From the sequence record NC_005872.1: a stretch of DNA of 28,337 nucleotides, one strand, 5' to 3'. A model generated the notes under the pieces. That model was given only the letters and a program-made list of their open reading frames with translations. It was not told the origin of the DNA and did not search any database. This document shows, one piece after another, positions 1 through 9,135 of this stretch. A program made the position numbers and the translations under genes. The number at the start of each line of letters is the position of its first letter. The first letter of the stretch is position 1.

Positions 1-190
1 CCTTGACCCACCGCCAAGCCACCCTCTACCAACGCCAAACCACCTCCCCACCAGACGCAAAAACACCCCCACAAAAACGCAAAAACGCCCTTTACAAACC
101 GCCAAAAGACGCCCAACCAATGCCAACGCGAAACGCATATATCACAAAGACACTAAAGACGCCAATGCCGCACGTCAACATAATAGACGC
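1..190 (+). repeat. Left inverted terminal repeat (190 bp) containing short direct repeats
   Basis: Matches the reverse complement of 28148-28337 at both ends, and identity breaks exactly at position 191 vs 28147. Internal repeats: AGACGC (53, 107, 157, 185), AAAAACGC tandem (73, 81), AAAGACGCC (105, 155), CAATGCC (118, 163). Confidence 0.97.
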
Positions 191-860
191 ACGCCCCGAC
201 GCTCCCATAACTCAATTCGCCCTGGAGAATCTCATAACCCAGCCGGACCCCCGGGAGGCTAGACTCTATGCGCTGGAGGTTAAGCTAGCCCAAATAGAGA
301 CTCAGCTGAAGGACCTCCAGAAAATCGCCACAGCTACCGAAAGAATCCACGACTTAGAGGCGCGCCTCAAAAGCCTCCAGAGCATGGTGGCGGAGCTCTA
401 CAGCATGGTGACTAAGCTCACGGAGGCGCTAAGAGAGCCGCCAAAAGAGGCGCCAAAGCCGGAGCCCCCACCTCCCCCACAAGAAAAGCCAGAGGAAAAT
501 CCAAGTCCAAAACCGGAGCCACCTCCGGCGGAAAATAAGGCGGACCAGCTAACTCTCTCCGACATTGAGCGCATGGTGTTGCGTGTGCTCTACAAGAAGC
601 TCAAATATTGGGCCAGCCGCTCAGACCTTAAGGTAGATGAAAATGGCTATGCCGTAATCGGGCGTGACGTAAACTTTGGTGTCAAATTCTCACAATTCGT
701 GGCGATTATGACCAAATTCGGCCTTTCTGACTGGGTTATCGCACGCGGTAATGATAAAGCGGGCTACTACGTGGAAATAAAGGCGTCGGACATGCCGACA
801 GCTTTAGAGCGCCTAAAAGAGCTTGACCGGTTGTCTAATAAGGCAATAACTGGAGTATAA
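120..860 (+). CDS. Coiled-coil / Pro-rich linker / possible DNA-binding C-terminal domain protein
   Basis: Open frame 3-860. The TTG at 3 is implausible. ATG 120 lies 29 nt after TTTACAAA (91) and ATG 165 is an alternative start. Contains a heptad run ARLYALEVKLAQIETQLKDLQ...LTEAL, a duplicated PKPEPPP linker and a globular C-terminus. Confidence 0.75.
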   Translation: MPTRNAYITKTLKTPMPHVNIIDARPDAPITQFALENLITQPDPREARLYALEVKLAQIETQLKDLQKIATATERIHDLEARLKSLQSMVAELYSMVTKLTEALREPPKEAPKPEPPPPPQEKPEENPSPKPEPPPAENKADQLTLSDIERMVLRVLYKKLKYWASRSDLKVDENGYAVIGRDVNFGVKFSQFVAIMTKFGLSDWVIARGNDKAGYYVEIKASDMPTALERLKELDRLSNKAITGV

Positions 861-886
861 TAGTACTCCCCCTACCTTCCTCCCCC

Positions 887-893
887 TTTTTTT
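887..893 (+). terminator. Oligo-T archaeal terminator
   Basis: T7 run after a pyrimidine tract, about 27 nt downstream of the stop at 860. Confidence 0.5.
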
Positions 894-903
894 GACGGCG
901 TGA

Positions 904-1051
904 TTAGTTTCAATCGAAAGAGTTGAAAGTCGGGTTAGATTCGGTTGGTTCACGATATTGGACGGAGTCACTTTCAGTCTACTTTATCTTTACACGGTTG
1001 TTAGTTTCAACTTACCTCAAAGCTTTCAACTCTTTCGGGGCGCTTTCAACT
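904..1051. repeat. (G/C)TTTCAA(C/T) repeat cluster with a 15-bp inverted repeat
   Basis: Copies at 907, 1004, 1023 and 1043. CGAAAGAGTTGAAAG (915-929) is the exact reverse complement of 1023-1037. TTAGTTTCAA occurs at 904 and 1001. Confidence 0.8.
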
Positions 1052-1149
1052 GTCTTGGGTTTTCGCCGAGTTTTCACGGCGGAAAATTTCCATCAGAAAA
1101 ATAGATACTATACATATACAAGATATAACGGCGCGCCGTTGACTCTTAC

Positions 1150-1230
1150 CCTTACACATCACAACACTATCCATACATTTCCATACAGCTAGTCTTATGT
1201 TTCCATACGCGTTCCCATACATTTCCTTAC
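1150..1230 (+). repeat. Helically phased CC(A/T)TAC repeats (iteron-like)
   Basis: CCATAC at 1171, 1181, 1203 and 1215; CCTTAC at 1150 and 1225; CCATACATTTCC duplicated at 1171 and 1215. Confidence 0.75.
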
Positions 1231-1267
1231 ACTACTTCTTTTGTAAAGCGTAGAACTCCCATCATTT

Positions 1268-1359
1268 CCCCTACCTCCCCGTGGCCGGGCTTACCCCAGC
1301 CGGAGGAGGTAGGGGCTAACCACGCCCTTGGGAGGCCGCGGCCTCCCTCCCGACAAGGG
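1268..1359. repeat. GC-rich inverted repeats and palindrome
   Basis: CCCCTACCTCC (1268-1278) pairs with GGAGGTAGGGG (1305-1315). Perfect 18-bp palindrome GGGAGGCCGCGGCCTCCC at 1330-1347, flanked by CCCTTG/CAAGGG. Confidence 0.8.
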
Positions 1360-1443
1360 AGACCACGACCAACCCAAGGACCATGGTTAGCATCTAAGTA
1401 TAGAGATATTGCTGGTTAATAAACCTTCTCACGGCGTGTAACC

Positions 1444-3189
1444 GTGGTAATGTTTAATAACCGCTCTTTTTATCTACAAGATATGAGAAGACAGGCCGGC
1501 GGAGACGACGTTTTCACTCACCAATCAGCTGACTGCCGTATCGATTTTCAGAACGGATTATTAATCTGTATCGGTATAGATGGCGATACCGTCACCAAGC
1601 GTATCACGTTGGCTAGGACCACCAAGAAGAAAGATGAAATTTCTATATTTGAGGCGCTTAGGTTGGCTGGTCTGGCGACCACGGGTGTGCACCCAGCTAC
1701 ATTGTCCTTCACGCCTTTCAAGGACCCAGAAAGCAATGAGGTAGGGATGGTATACGTGCCGGCGGTTATTCCTACCTCTCAGAAGATGGGTTTTCTCTAT
1801 GATGACGGTGGTAAGTTTGGCTTCTCTACCTTTGTGGCGGGTGGCACTAAGGTCTTTGCTGTGGATTACAATTCTAATGTAGTTATAGACGTATTGGGTC
1901 AAGAAATCCCCTCAAAGGAGGAGTTTGAGAAGGCTCTTAACAAGTTCAATAAGGAGCTTGACTTCTTGGGCACGTATAGGGAGTCCGTGCTCTTTGTCAC
2001 CCTCTACCCTTACCTATACGTCCACTTTCTGAGGCGGCCTATAATCACCATTACTGGCCCTTTCCGCTCTGGTAAGACTACCGTGCTGGAGCTTGTCCAA
2101 TCCATCATAGGCGTGCCGACTATGGTGCGTGGCAACTTCTCTCTGGCTGGCGCTAGGGGTTTGTTGGCATATAGGCATGTGATTCTTGATGACTTTGGTG
2201 AGGGTGCCGTGCTGGAGGACCCAAACATAAGCATGTTGTTACAGTATCATGACCGTGGGCTTGTGGCTAAGGTTGATGATAGGCTTAAGACCAAGGTATT
2301 CCCTCTTAGGGGCGTCCTCTACCTAACTGGCGGCTATGCGATTAACCTACTGAGGCTGTCAAGCTATGTGGATAGGCTGTTTCTACTTAAGATGGCTCTC
2401 TCTCGCAATATGCTTAACACCATGAACGCGGTTTTCAACTCTATCATCAAGGATGCGGATTACTACCGTTGGGCCTTCTCACGGCTATACCTCTATTTCC
2501 ATGAATATTACCTATCACTAGCCACAATGCTTCACATGCCGTGGAGGCGTGATAGCATTTTTGTAACGGATGCGATTAACTATCTCATTATGCGCACTCT
2601 AGACAGTAGTAAGGAGCCCACTCTAGTGGTAGAGAACAAGGCGGAAAATGCCAAGAAGCACGCGGCCGATGTCCATATGGCGCTTATACTTCAGATTCTT
2701 AAGGCCCTTCTCAGGAGGCGCGCTCTGGGGTTTGAAAAGGCTAAGAATAAGATGTTTAAGGTCAAGGGCCAAGATGTGGAATTTTACCATGTGCAATACG
2801 TCCAAAGGCTGGAGATTCCCTCTCAAATTGGACACGGCACGGAGAGCGTGAGCGAAACGGTATCTATAGGCGCCACAAAAACCATATCCAAAACCATTAG
2901 TATGAGTAAAGTCAAGCAATATGCCTCTCCCTCAATGGTCCAAGCGGTTATAGACATGTACACCTATCTGAGTGACTATTTGTTAGTGGCTAGCCACGAC
3001 GGAAAGAACTACAGTGTCTGGGTGAGGGCTGACGCGGTTGATGATGCCATTAAGTGGCTCATTTTCACACTCCAGGAGCATGCGCCACACTACTTGGACA
3101 ATTTCCCCACGATAGTTGATGATGTTGTGCGGAAAGCTTATGAGGAGGTTATGCGGAGGCTTGAGGGCGATAAATTTAAAAATAAGTGA
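1444..3189 (+). CDS. AAA+ P-loop ATPase, probable SF3/MCM-like replicative helicase (581 aa)
   Basis: Walker A GPFRSGKT, Walker B HVILDDF, sensor-1-like LYLTG, Arg-finger-like VDRLF. TTAATAAA lies 28 nt upstream of the GTG start. ATPase is secure; helicase versus packaging ATPase is inference. Confidence 0.8.
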   Translation: MVMFNNRSFYLQDMRRQAGGDDVFTHQSADCRIDFQNGLLICIGIDGDTVTKRITLARTTKKKDEISIFEALRLAGLATTGVHPATLSFTPFKDPESNEVGMVYVPAVIPTSQKMGFLYDDGGKFGFSTFVAGGTKVFAVDYNSNVVIDVLGQEIPSKEEFEKALNKFNKELDFLGTYRESVLFVTLYPYLYVHFLRRPIITITGPFRSGKTTVLELVQSIIGVPTMVRGNFSLAGARGLLAYRHVILDDFGEGAVLEDPNISMLLQYHDRGLVAKVDDRLKTKVFPLRGVLYLTGGYAINLLRLSSYVDRLFLLKMALSRNMLNTMNAVFNSIIKDADYYRWAFSRLYLYFHEYYLSLATMLHMPWRRDSIFVTDAINYLIMRTLDSSKEPTLVVENKAENAKKHAADVHMALILQILKALLRRRALGFEKAKNKMFKVKGQDVEFYHVQYVQRLEIPSQIGHGTESVSETVSIGATKTISKTISMSKVKQYASPSMVQAVIDMYTYLSDYLLVASHDGKNYSVWVRADAVDDAIKWLIFTLQEHAPHYLDNFPTIVDDVVRKAYEEVMRRLEGDKFKNK

Positions 3190-3205
3190 TTTTTTCTAAA
3201 TTGAT

Positions 3206-3309
3206 GCGCGGCCCCCTTAGGGGCCGCGCGTTTCCCCCCCGAGTTGGGAGTGAACCGCCTCACGAGTTGCCGGGCACGCCCCGGGTGCCGTGGGGGGCGG
3301 CACCCGGGG
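3206..3309. repeat. Two GC-rich stem-loops downstream of the ATPase gene
   Basis: GCGCGGCCCC-CTTA-GGGGCCGCGC (3206-3229, 10-bp stem) and CCCCGGGTGCCG-TGGGGGG-CGGCACCCGGGG (3279-3309, 12-bp stem). Confidence 0.8.
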
Positions 3310-3394
3310 TCTTAGTTTCACCCCTCCCAATTGTCTTAACCATATCCCTATAAAAGCATAACGAAACTTATAAGTCGGGTAGGTCTGGCTGTAT

Positions 3395-4336
3395 ATGGAC
3401 TTTGTCAGGCTAGTGACGGCTACCGTCTACGCCTACTTTATAGTGTCCTCAATTTTCGGAGTGACTAACATATGGGTGGACATAGCGCTCTATCTGATAT
3501 TGCTGGTATCGGTTGTTTATGCTACTGAAGTCAACATGGCTCTCAGCAACGCTAGGGTGTGGTATAACGTGATGGTGGTGTCCGTGGCTATGGCTCTGCC
3601 TCAAACGGTTTTCGCAGTTAATTTGGCGGTTAGTGGTAAGCCCTTGGCGGCTTGGATAGACACGTTGGGCAGTACTCTAGTGGACGCTATCTTCGTGACG
3701 GCGGTGGTCCGGCGGCACGTGGTTGGCTCTCCTTTGGTTAGGTCTCCCTTGGTCGTGTTTTTCCTCTTTGCGTGGTCCATTTTGGCGGTTGGGCTTAACA
3801 TAATGGCGTGGCACCCGGAGCTGTATACCTCTACACACTTTCCTTTGTTCTACGCAATTGCCGGTTTGCTTCTGCCGATTATATTGGTTAGGGGCAACGT
3901 GCATGGTTTGCCAAGTGGGCGTGATATGCTTATGTTGACTAACAACGCTTTTGCCACGTTGGTGGCTTCTTACATGTTGTCTGAGGCTGTGGCTCAGCTA
4001 CACATTGAGGAGGTCCAACTAGGCGTGGTGTCTACCGTCTTGGCCACTCTCCCAGATTTCATAGTTGGCATGTTGATAAGGAGTGTAGTCTCTGAGATTC
4101 TTAGCTCTCAGGCAGGTGACCAAGAGATGGTGTTTACCATGTTGGCCGCGGCTGTACACGACCAGTTGACTATTCCAGGTCTGATTATGTTATTGGCGCC
4201 TTATGCCATGGGGTATTATCCGCACTTGTTCAACATTGTGGTGGTCCTCCTTAAATTCACCTTGTTGGATAGGCGGCTTTTCTGGTTTGTAGGCGTGCCG
4301 GGTGGCTTGTTGGCTCTAGTGGCACCTCCAGTTTAG
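3395..4336 (+). CDS. Multi-pass membrane protein, Na+/Ca2+ exchanger (CaCA)-like
   Basis: About 9-10 hydrophobic segments. Alpha-repeat-like motifs AMALPQ...SG...LGSTLVD and LATLPD. TTATAAG lies 27 nt upstream. Confidence 0.65.
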   Translation: MDFVRLVTATVYAYFIVSSIFGVTNIWVDIALYLILLVSVVYATEVNMALSNARVWYNVMVVSVAMALPQTVFAVNLAVSGKPLAAWIDTLGSTLVDAIFVTAVVRRHVVGSPLVRSPLVVFFLFAWSILAVGLNIMAWHPELYTSTHFPLFYAIAGLLLPIILVRGNVHGLPSGRDMLMLTNNAFATLVASYMLSEAVAQLHIEEVQLGVVSTVLATLPDFIVGMLIRSVVSEILSSQAGDQEMVFTMLAAAVHDQLTIPGLIMLLAPYAMGYYPHLFNIVVVLLKFTLLDRRLFWFVGVPGGLLALVAPPV

Positions 4337-4420
4337 CTTTTCGAAACACGGTATTTTTCCTCTTTACAAACATGTAATGCAGCTATTTGACGTGTGTAAA
4401 GGGCTATGAAAAAAGGGGGG

Positions 4421-4918
4421 CTATTTGGCTGGAGGCTCTATGTGGACTTTCCGGTTGGCTGTCAGGTATACCGTTTCATCTGTCTTTACGTAGGGCTCTC
4501 CGTAAATCATCTTAAGTAGGTGGTTTAGAAAGCTTAGGATGATTGCCGTCCTATGCGCTATGGGGATTATACTAGAGAAGAATTTTCGGGCTTGGGGGTC
4601 TTTGATTATTAGGTCGTGGAGCCTAGGGGGCGATATAAACTTTAGTTTGTTTGTCGTGACTAACCGCTCCACCTCTCTTATCATGCCGTCTACCAATTGC
4701 CGATATTGGTCCATGCTTAGGCACACCAAAGCAACGTTGCCGAATGCCACCCTAGTCACACGACCCTCTTTTTCAAGCACGTAGATTAGTGCCTTTGCCC
4801 GACCATGCGATAACCCAAGTCTTTGCTGTATTAGGGAGGTGGTTTTACAACCGTCGGCTAATAGAGCCAATATATCTCTCAGGCGCACCAAAACTTCACG
4901 CGAGTGGCCTATTGGCAT
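4421..4918 (-). CDS. Winged-helix DNA-binding protein (ORF165a-type)
   Basis: HTH CKTTSLIQQRLGLSHGRAKALIYVLEKEGRV plus wing; paralog of 4983-5480 and 27405-28112. TTTATAAA lies 28 nt upstream. Confidence 0.85.
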   Translation of the reverse strand: MPIGHSREVLVRLRDILALLADGCKTTSLIQQRLGLSHGRAKALIYVLEKEGRVTRVAFGNVALVCLSMDQYRQLVDGMIREVERLVTTNKLKFISPPRLHDLIIKDPQARKFFSSIIPIAHRTAIILSFLNHLLKMIYGEPYVKTDETVYLTANRKVHIEPPAK

Positions 4919-4982
4919 ATCTATCTGATATAATCGGGTTTATAAATTTTGCCAATTCGAAAATGGGTGAGGTTGGTGTGTG

Positions 4983-5480
4983 TTAAACAGTAGTCTGTGG
5001 CTGGTTTATACCGCTTTTTGTAACAAAATACACAGTTTTTTCTCCTTTGGTGTAGGGCTCTCCGTATAGCATGCGTAGAGCCCCATTTAGGAATGATAGG
5101 ATGGCGGCGTTTCTATAGTCTACCGGCACTAGTTTGGCTATGAGTCTGAGGACTTTGTAGTCCTTTTGGATTAGTCTGTAGAGCCTCATAGGGTATACAA
5201 ACTTCAGGTTATAGCTTTCAACTATCCTCTGTATCTCCCGGAGGATTGTGTTGACTAGGTTGTTGTATTCATCATCATTTAGGCACCACACGGCTGATTT
5301 TCCGATTTTCCACTCTCTTATGCAACCCTCACGTGCCAACGTCTTCAGTACATAGTAAGCCTCTACGTGCGTCGTGCCTAGTGTACGCATTATATAAGAC
5401 GTGGATTTACAACCGTCGGCTAACAACTCTAGCACGGCCTTTTTGCGGTTTTTCACCCTTTCTGTAATACCGGTTGGCAT
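4983..5480 (-). CDS. Winged-helix DNA-binding protein (ORF165b-type), tandem paralog
   Basis: Shares LLADGCK(S/T)TS and the C-terminal ILSFLN..L.M.YGEPY.K.(D/E).TVY with the adjacent gene. Confidence 0.85.
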   Translation of the reverse strand: MPTGITERVKNRKKAVLELLADGCKSTSYIMRTLGTTHVEAYYVLKTLAREGCIREWKIGKSAVWCLNDDEYNNLVNTILREIQRIVESYNLKFVYPMRLYRLIQKDYKVLRLIAKLVPVDYRNAAILSFLNGALRMLYGEPYTKGEKTVYFVTKSGINQPQTTV

Positions 5481-5492
5481 ATCTGTCTGATA

Positions 5493-6008
5493 TTGTGGGG
5501 TTTTAATGGTTTTTGCTGGGGGCTAGGGTTATTAATGGGTGTGTCGGCTTTCTCAATGCTAGTGGCTATAATATACGTTAAGCGGGATTGTCCGATATGC
5601 CAGTCTTTTCTTAAGCACACCATAATCAAGGGCGCCACGGCACGTAAGTGTGTGCCGCTTATCTTTAAGGACGTGGATATGGTGCCTCTCAGTGAGAAGA
5701 GGTTGGTGTGGAGCTATGAGTTTGACCCTAACCTAGGGCTTGTGTTTCGGATTTACGTGCCTTTCCTTGTGATTGCCGACGTGGATGAAAAGTATTCTAT
5801 TAAACAGATTTTCTTTAAGACGCCTCTTATTCCTAAGATTCCCGTTGGGTTTAGTGAGCCGGAGGTGAGAGAGGTTATTTATACCACATATTCATGGTGT
5901 GGATATGGAAAAGCCTTGTCAAAAGATGTTGAACCTTCTGGAGGTGTTGAACCAGTTGAAAAACCAAGGCGGAGAAGGCGCTCGCCACGCTCAGAGGATA
6001 ATGAGTGA
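5493..6008 (+). CDS. Hypothetical protein with basic C-terminal tail
   Basis: Long ORF. The track start (TTG 5493) is doubtful; ATG 5556 lies 27 nt after TTATTAAT. CPIC motif and tail KPRRRRRSPRS. Confidence 0.65.
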   Translation: MWGFNGFCWGLGLLMGVSAFSMLVAIIYVKRDCPICQSFLKHTIIKGATARKCVPLIFKDVDMVPLSEKRLVWSYEFDPNLGLVFRIYVPFLVIADVDEKYSIKQIFFKTPLIPKIPVGFSEPEVREVIYTTYSWCGYGKALSKDVEPSGGVEPVEKPRRRRRSPRSEDNE

Positions 6009-6081
6009 GGTGGCTGAGGGCCGCATGACTCCGGAGGAGGCCCTTAAGGAGGTTAAACGCATTAGGGTCTCTACTTTCTAG
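5905..6081 (+). CDS. Small helical protein (58 aa) overlapping the upstream gene
   Basis: TTTATA 27 nt upstream and GGAT-ATG initiator context; amphipathic, protein-like sequence. Confidence 0.6.
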   Translation: MEKPCQKMLNLLEVLNQLKNQGGEGARHAQRIMSEVAEGRMTPEEALKEVKRIRVSTF

Positions 6082-6117
6082 GCGTTCAAGGAAATATATT
6101 CGGGCTTTCTTTATACT

Positions 6118-6381
6118 ATGGCTGAGGACCCTCTCCGTGAGTGTGTATATCAATTATACTATAATATAATCAGAACCACGGTTGGCGTCTACGTGCCGTC
6201 AAGGCTGGCTCAATGCCTAGCTGTCCTAAAGCTTCAGTTGATTTTTATCGCTAAGTCTACGGGTGATGATATTGATTTTGCCATGTCTAACTGGGGCTAC
6301 ACATGTGGCCCCAATTTCTGTGCCGTGCCGGCTAATTTCGTGGAGATTCTAGTCTACGCTAAAACGCGGTTTGGTTACTAG
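6118..6381 (+). CDS. Hypothetical protein (87 aa)
   Basis: ATG start, AT-rich box about 26 nt upstream, fills the gap between neighbouring genes. Confidence 0.7.
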   Translation: MAEDPLRECVYQLYYNIIRTTVGVYVPSRLAQCLAVLKLQLIFIAKSTGDDIDFAMSNWGYTCGPNFCAVPANFVEILVYAKTRFGY

Positions 6382-6419
6382 AGGCGTAAAATTTAAAAAT
6401 CCGCATTTCATAAGGATAC
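6381..6419 (+). promoter_or_regulatory. Core early-type promoter cassette (partial copy)
   Basis: 6381-6423 is identical over 43 bp to 21105-21147 (GAGGCGTAAAATTTAAAAATCCGCATTTCATAAGGATACATGG). Confidence 0.85.
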
Positions 6420-6814
6420 ATGGGCGCACCCAACCAACAACAAACTCAGGACAGAAGCGTGGACTTTTTCACCAATAAGATAGGCTGTAACGTGTCCAGT
6501 CCGCTTAAGCATGTGGACATAGTTGGGGAAATCGTGGAGGAGGCGGTTTACAATTTCCTCATTGACGCTGGCGATAAGATGTGCGTCGGTAACAAGATTG
6601 GGGTCTGGAAAGTGAGTAAATGTGAGGGGTCCTCAGGCTCAGGTGGTGAGAGGCGTAAATCGCTCTATGCCAAGGTGCCTAAGGGCATAGGCGTCACAGT
6701 ATATCTGGCTAATGGTAGGGTCCAAGGGAGGCTTATTGACATAGGCGTCTATGAGGTCCTTGTGGAGGTGGGGGGTGACATAATCTATATCCACAAGGAC
6801 CTAGTCTATGCGTT

Positions 6815-6830
<16 letters not shown>
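6420..6830 (+). CDS. Two-domain protein with C-terminal Sm/Hfq-like domain (ORF137-type)
   Basis: [24 protein letters not shown]...IYIHKDLV aligns by eye with Hfq [25 protein letters not shown]...MVYKHAI; Gly/Ser linker between domains. Confidence 0.65.
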
Positions 6831-8222
<1,392 letters not shown>

Positions 8223-8250
8223 GCTTAAATATCACAAGGAAAAGTTTTTC

Positions 8251-8799
8251 ATGCCTAATTTTGCCACGGCGGACATAGTCAATGATTACAATGCGCAACA
8301 GGTGTTGCTTACCAATATCGAGTGGATGTTTCTGTTTGCTTTCGTGTTGGCTGTCTTGTTTACGCTAGTTGATAGGGAGAGTAGGGCGTCAATGAGGCAC
8401 TTTCTCTCCGACTTGATGGTTAGGTGGGGCTTAGCTGGCTTGGGTCTGTGGACTATCGTGNTTATCTTCTTTGGGCTTTATGAGCTGGGGCTTCAGAGGG
8501 GCTTATTCCACTTTATCCCCTTTGTCGGTATTGCCGAATATGGGGGCGTGTGGGGCGTTGCTATCAGTGGCGCTATGGCTCTCTTATTCTTTGTGTCTAG
8601 CTTATTCCTTCAGGCGTTGATTAGGACCCCCAACGTGACTAAGGTGGTGAGGACTCCGTATTACCCCTATCTGGAGGAATACGCGCACTACCTATACCAG
8701 TGGTGGCGCTATTACCAGCAATATCAAGACTACTATCAGGCGCATCAACAAGAGGAATACGCATATGCCACCAATAGACAACGTGACAGGTCCTTTTAA
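8251..8799 (+). CDS. Membrane protein (about 3 TM) with Tyr/Gln-rich C-tail
   Basis: The track start 8167 lies inside the upstream gene; ATG 8251 lies about 27 nt after CTTAAATA. One ambiguous base at 8461. Confidence 0.75.
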   Translation: MPNFATADIVNDYNAQQVLLTNIEWMFLFAFVLAVLFTLVDRESRASMRHFLSDLMVRWGLAGLGLWTIVXIFFGLYELGLQRGLFHFIPFVGIAEYGGVWGVAISGAMALLFFVSSLFLQALIRTPNVTKVVRTPYYPYLEEYAHYLYQWWRYYQQYQDYYQAHQQEEYAYATNRQRDRSF

Positions 8800-8814
8800 T
8801 TATCTATTATAGAC

Positions 8815-9135
8815 ATGAAAACTCAAACTAGACCCAAGAAGAGGAGGCCCAAAAACCTAGAGAGGCTCTATTTGGCACCTATACGCTCCGACGGCCTTCT
8901 GGTAGTCGTGGAGGGCGGTAGGTCCTATACTAAACAAGAGATCATGTTGCGGGCTACGGCGTTTCTTAACGTCTCCGACAGGATTGAGTGTGAGATTTGC
9001 GGCCGTGTCTATGACGGCACCAACTATTTCATGGTGGAGTATACCGGCCTCTTGGACAAGCTAAGGCATGCCTATTGCGGTGATTGTAAGCCTCAAATCA
9101 AGAAGATACTAGACATCATCTATAGGCGGATATGA
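8815..9135 (+). CDS. Zn-ribbon protein (C-x2-C-x25-C-x2-C)
   Basis: CEIC...CGDC; same spacing and internal residues as 26950-27327. Confidence 0.8.
   Translation: MKTQTRPKKRRPKNLERLYLAPIRSDGLLVVVEGGRSYTKQEIMLRATAFLNVSDRIECEICGRVYDGTNYFMVEYTGLLDKLRHAYCGDCKPQIKKILDIIYRRI

Noticed and set aside
3-119. TTG start at position 3 for the left ORF, and the mirrored 64-aa ORF 28141-28335
   Set aside because: No room for a promoter 2 nt from the end; the open frame reflects the T-poor ITR strand, which rarely forms stop codons.
900-1060. True CRISPR or mini-CRISPR array
   Set aside because: The repeated unit is only 8-10 nt with a 19-20-nt period; there are no 24-25-nt repeats separated by 35-45-nt spacers.
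923-1192. 89-aa ORF in the left intergenic region
   Set aside because: TTG start, no correctly spaced TATA, and it runs through repeat arrays and palindromes; composition is explained by the DNA repeats.
5899-6008. Programmed -1 frameshift fusing the overlapping ORF pairs (5493/5905 and 17032/17246)
   Set aside because: Both overlaps are +1, no X XXY YYZ slippery site with a downstream structure was seen, and each downstream ORF has its own correctly spaced TATA.
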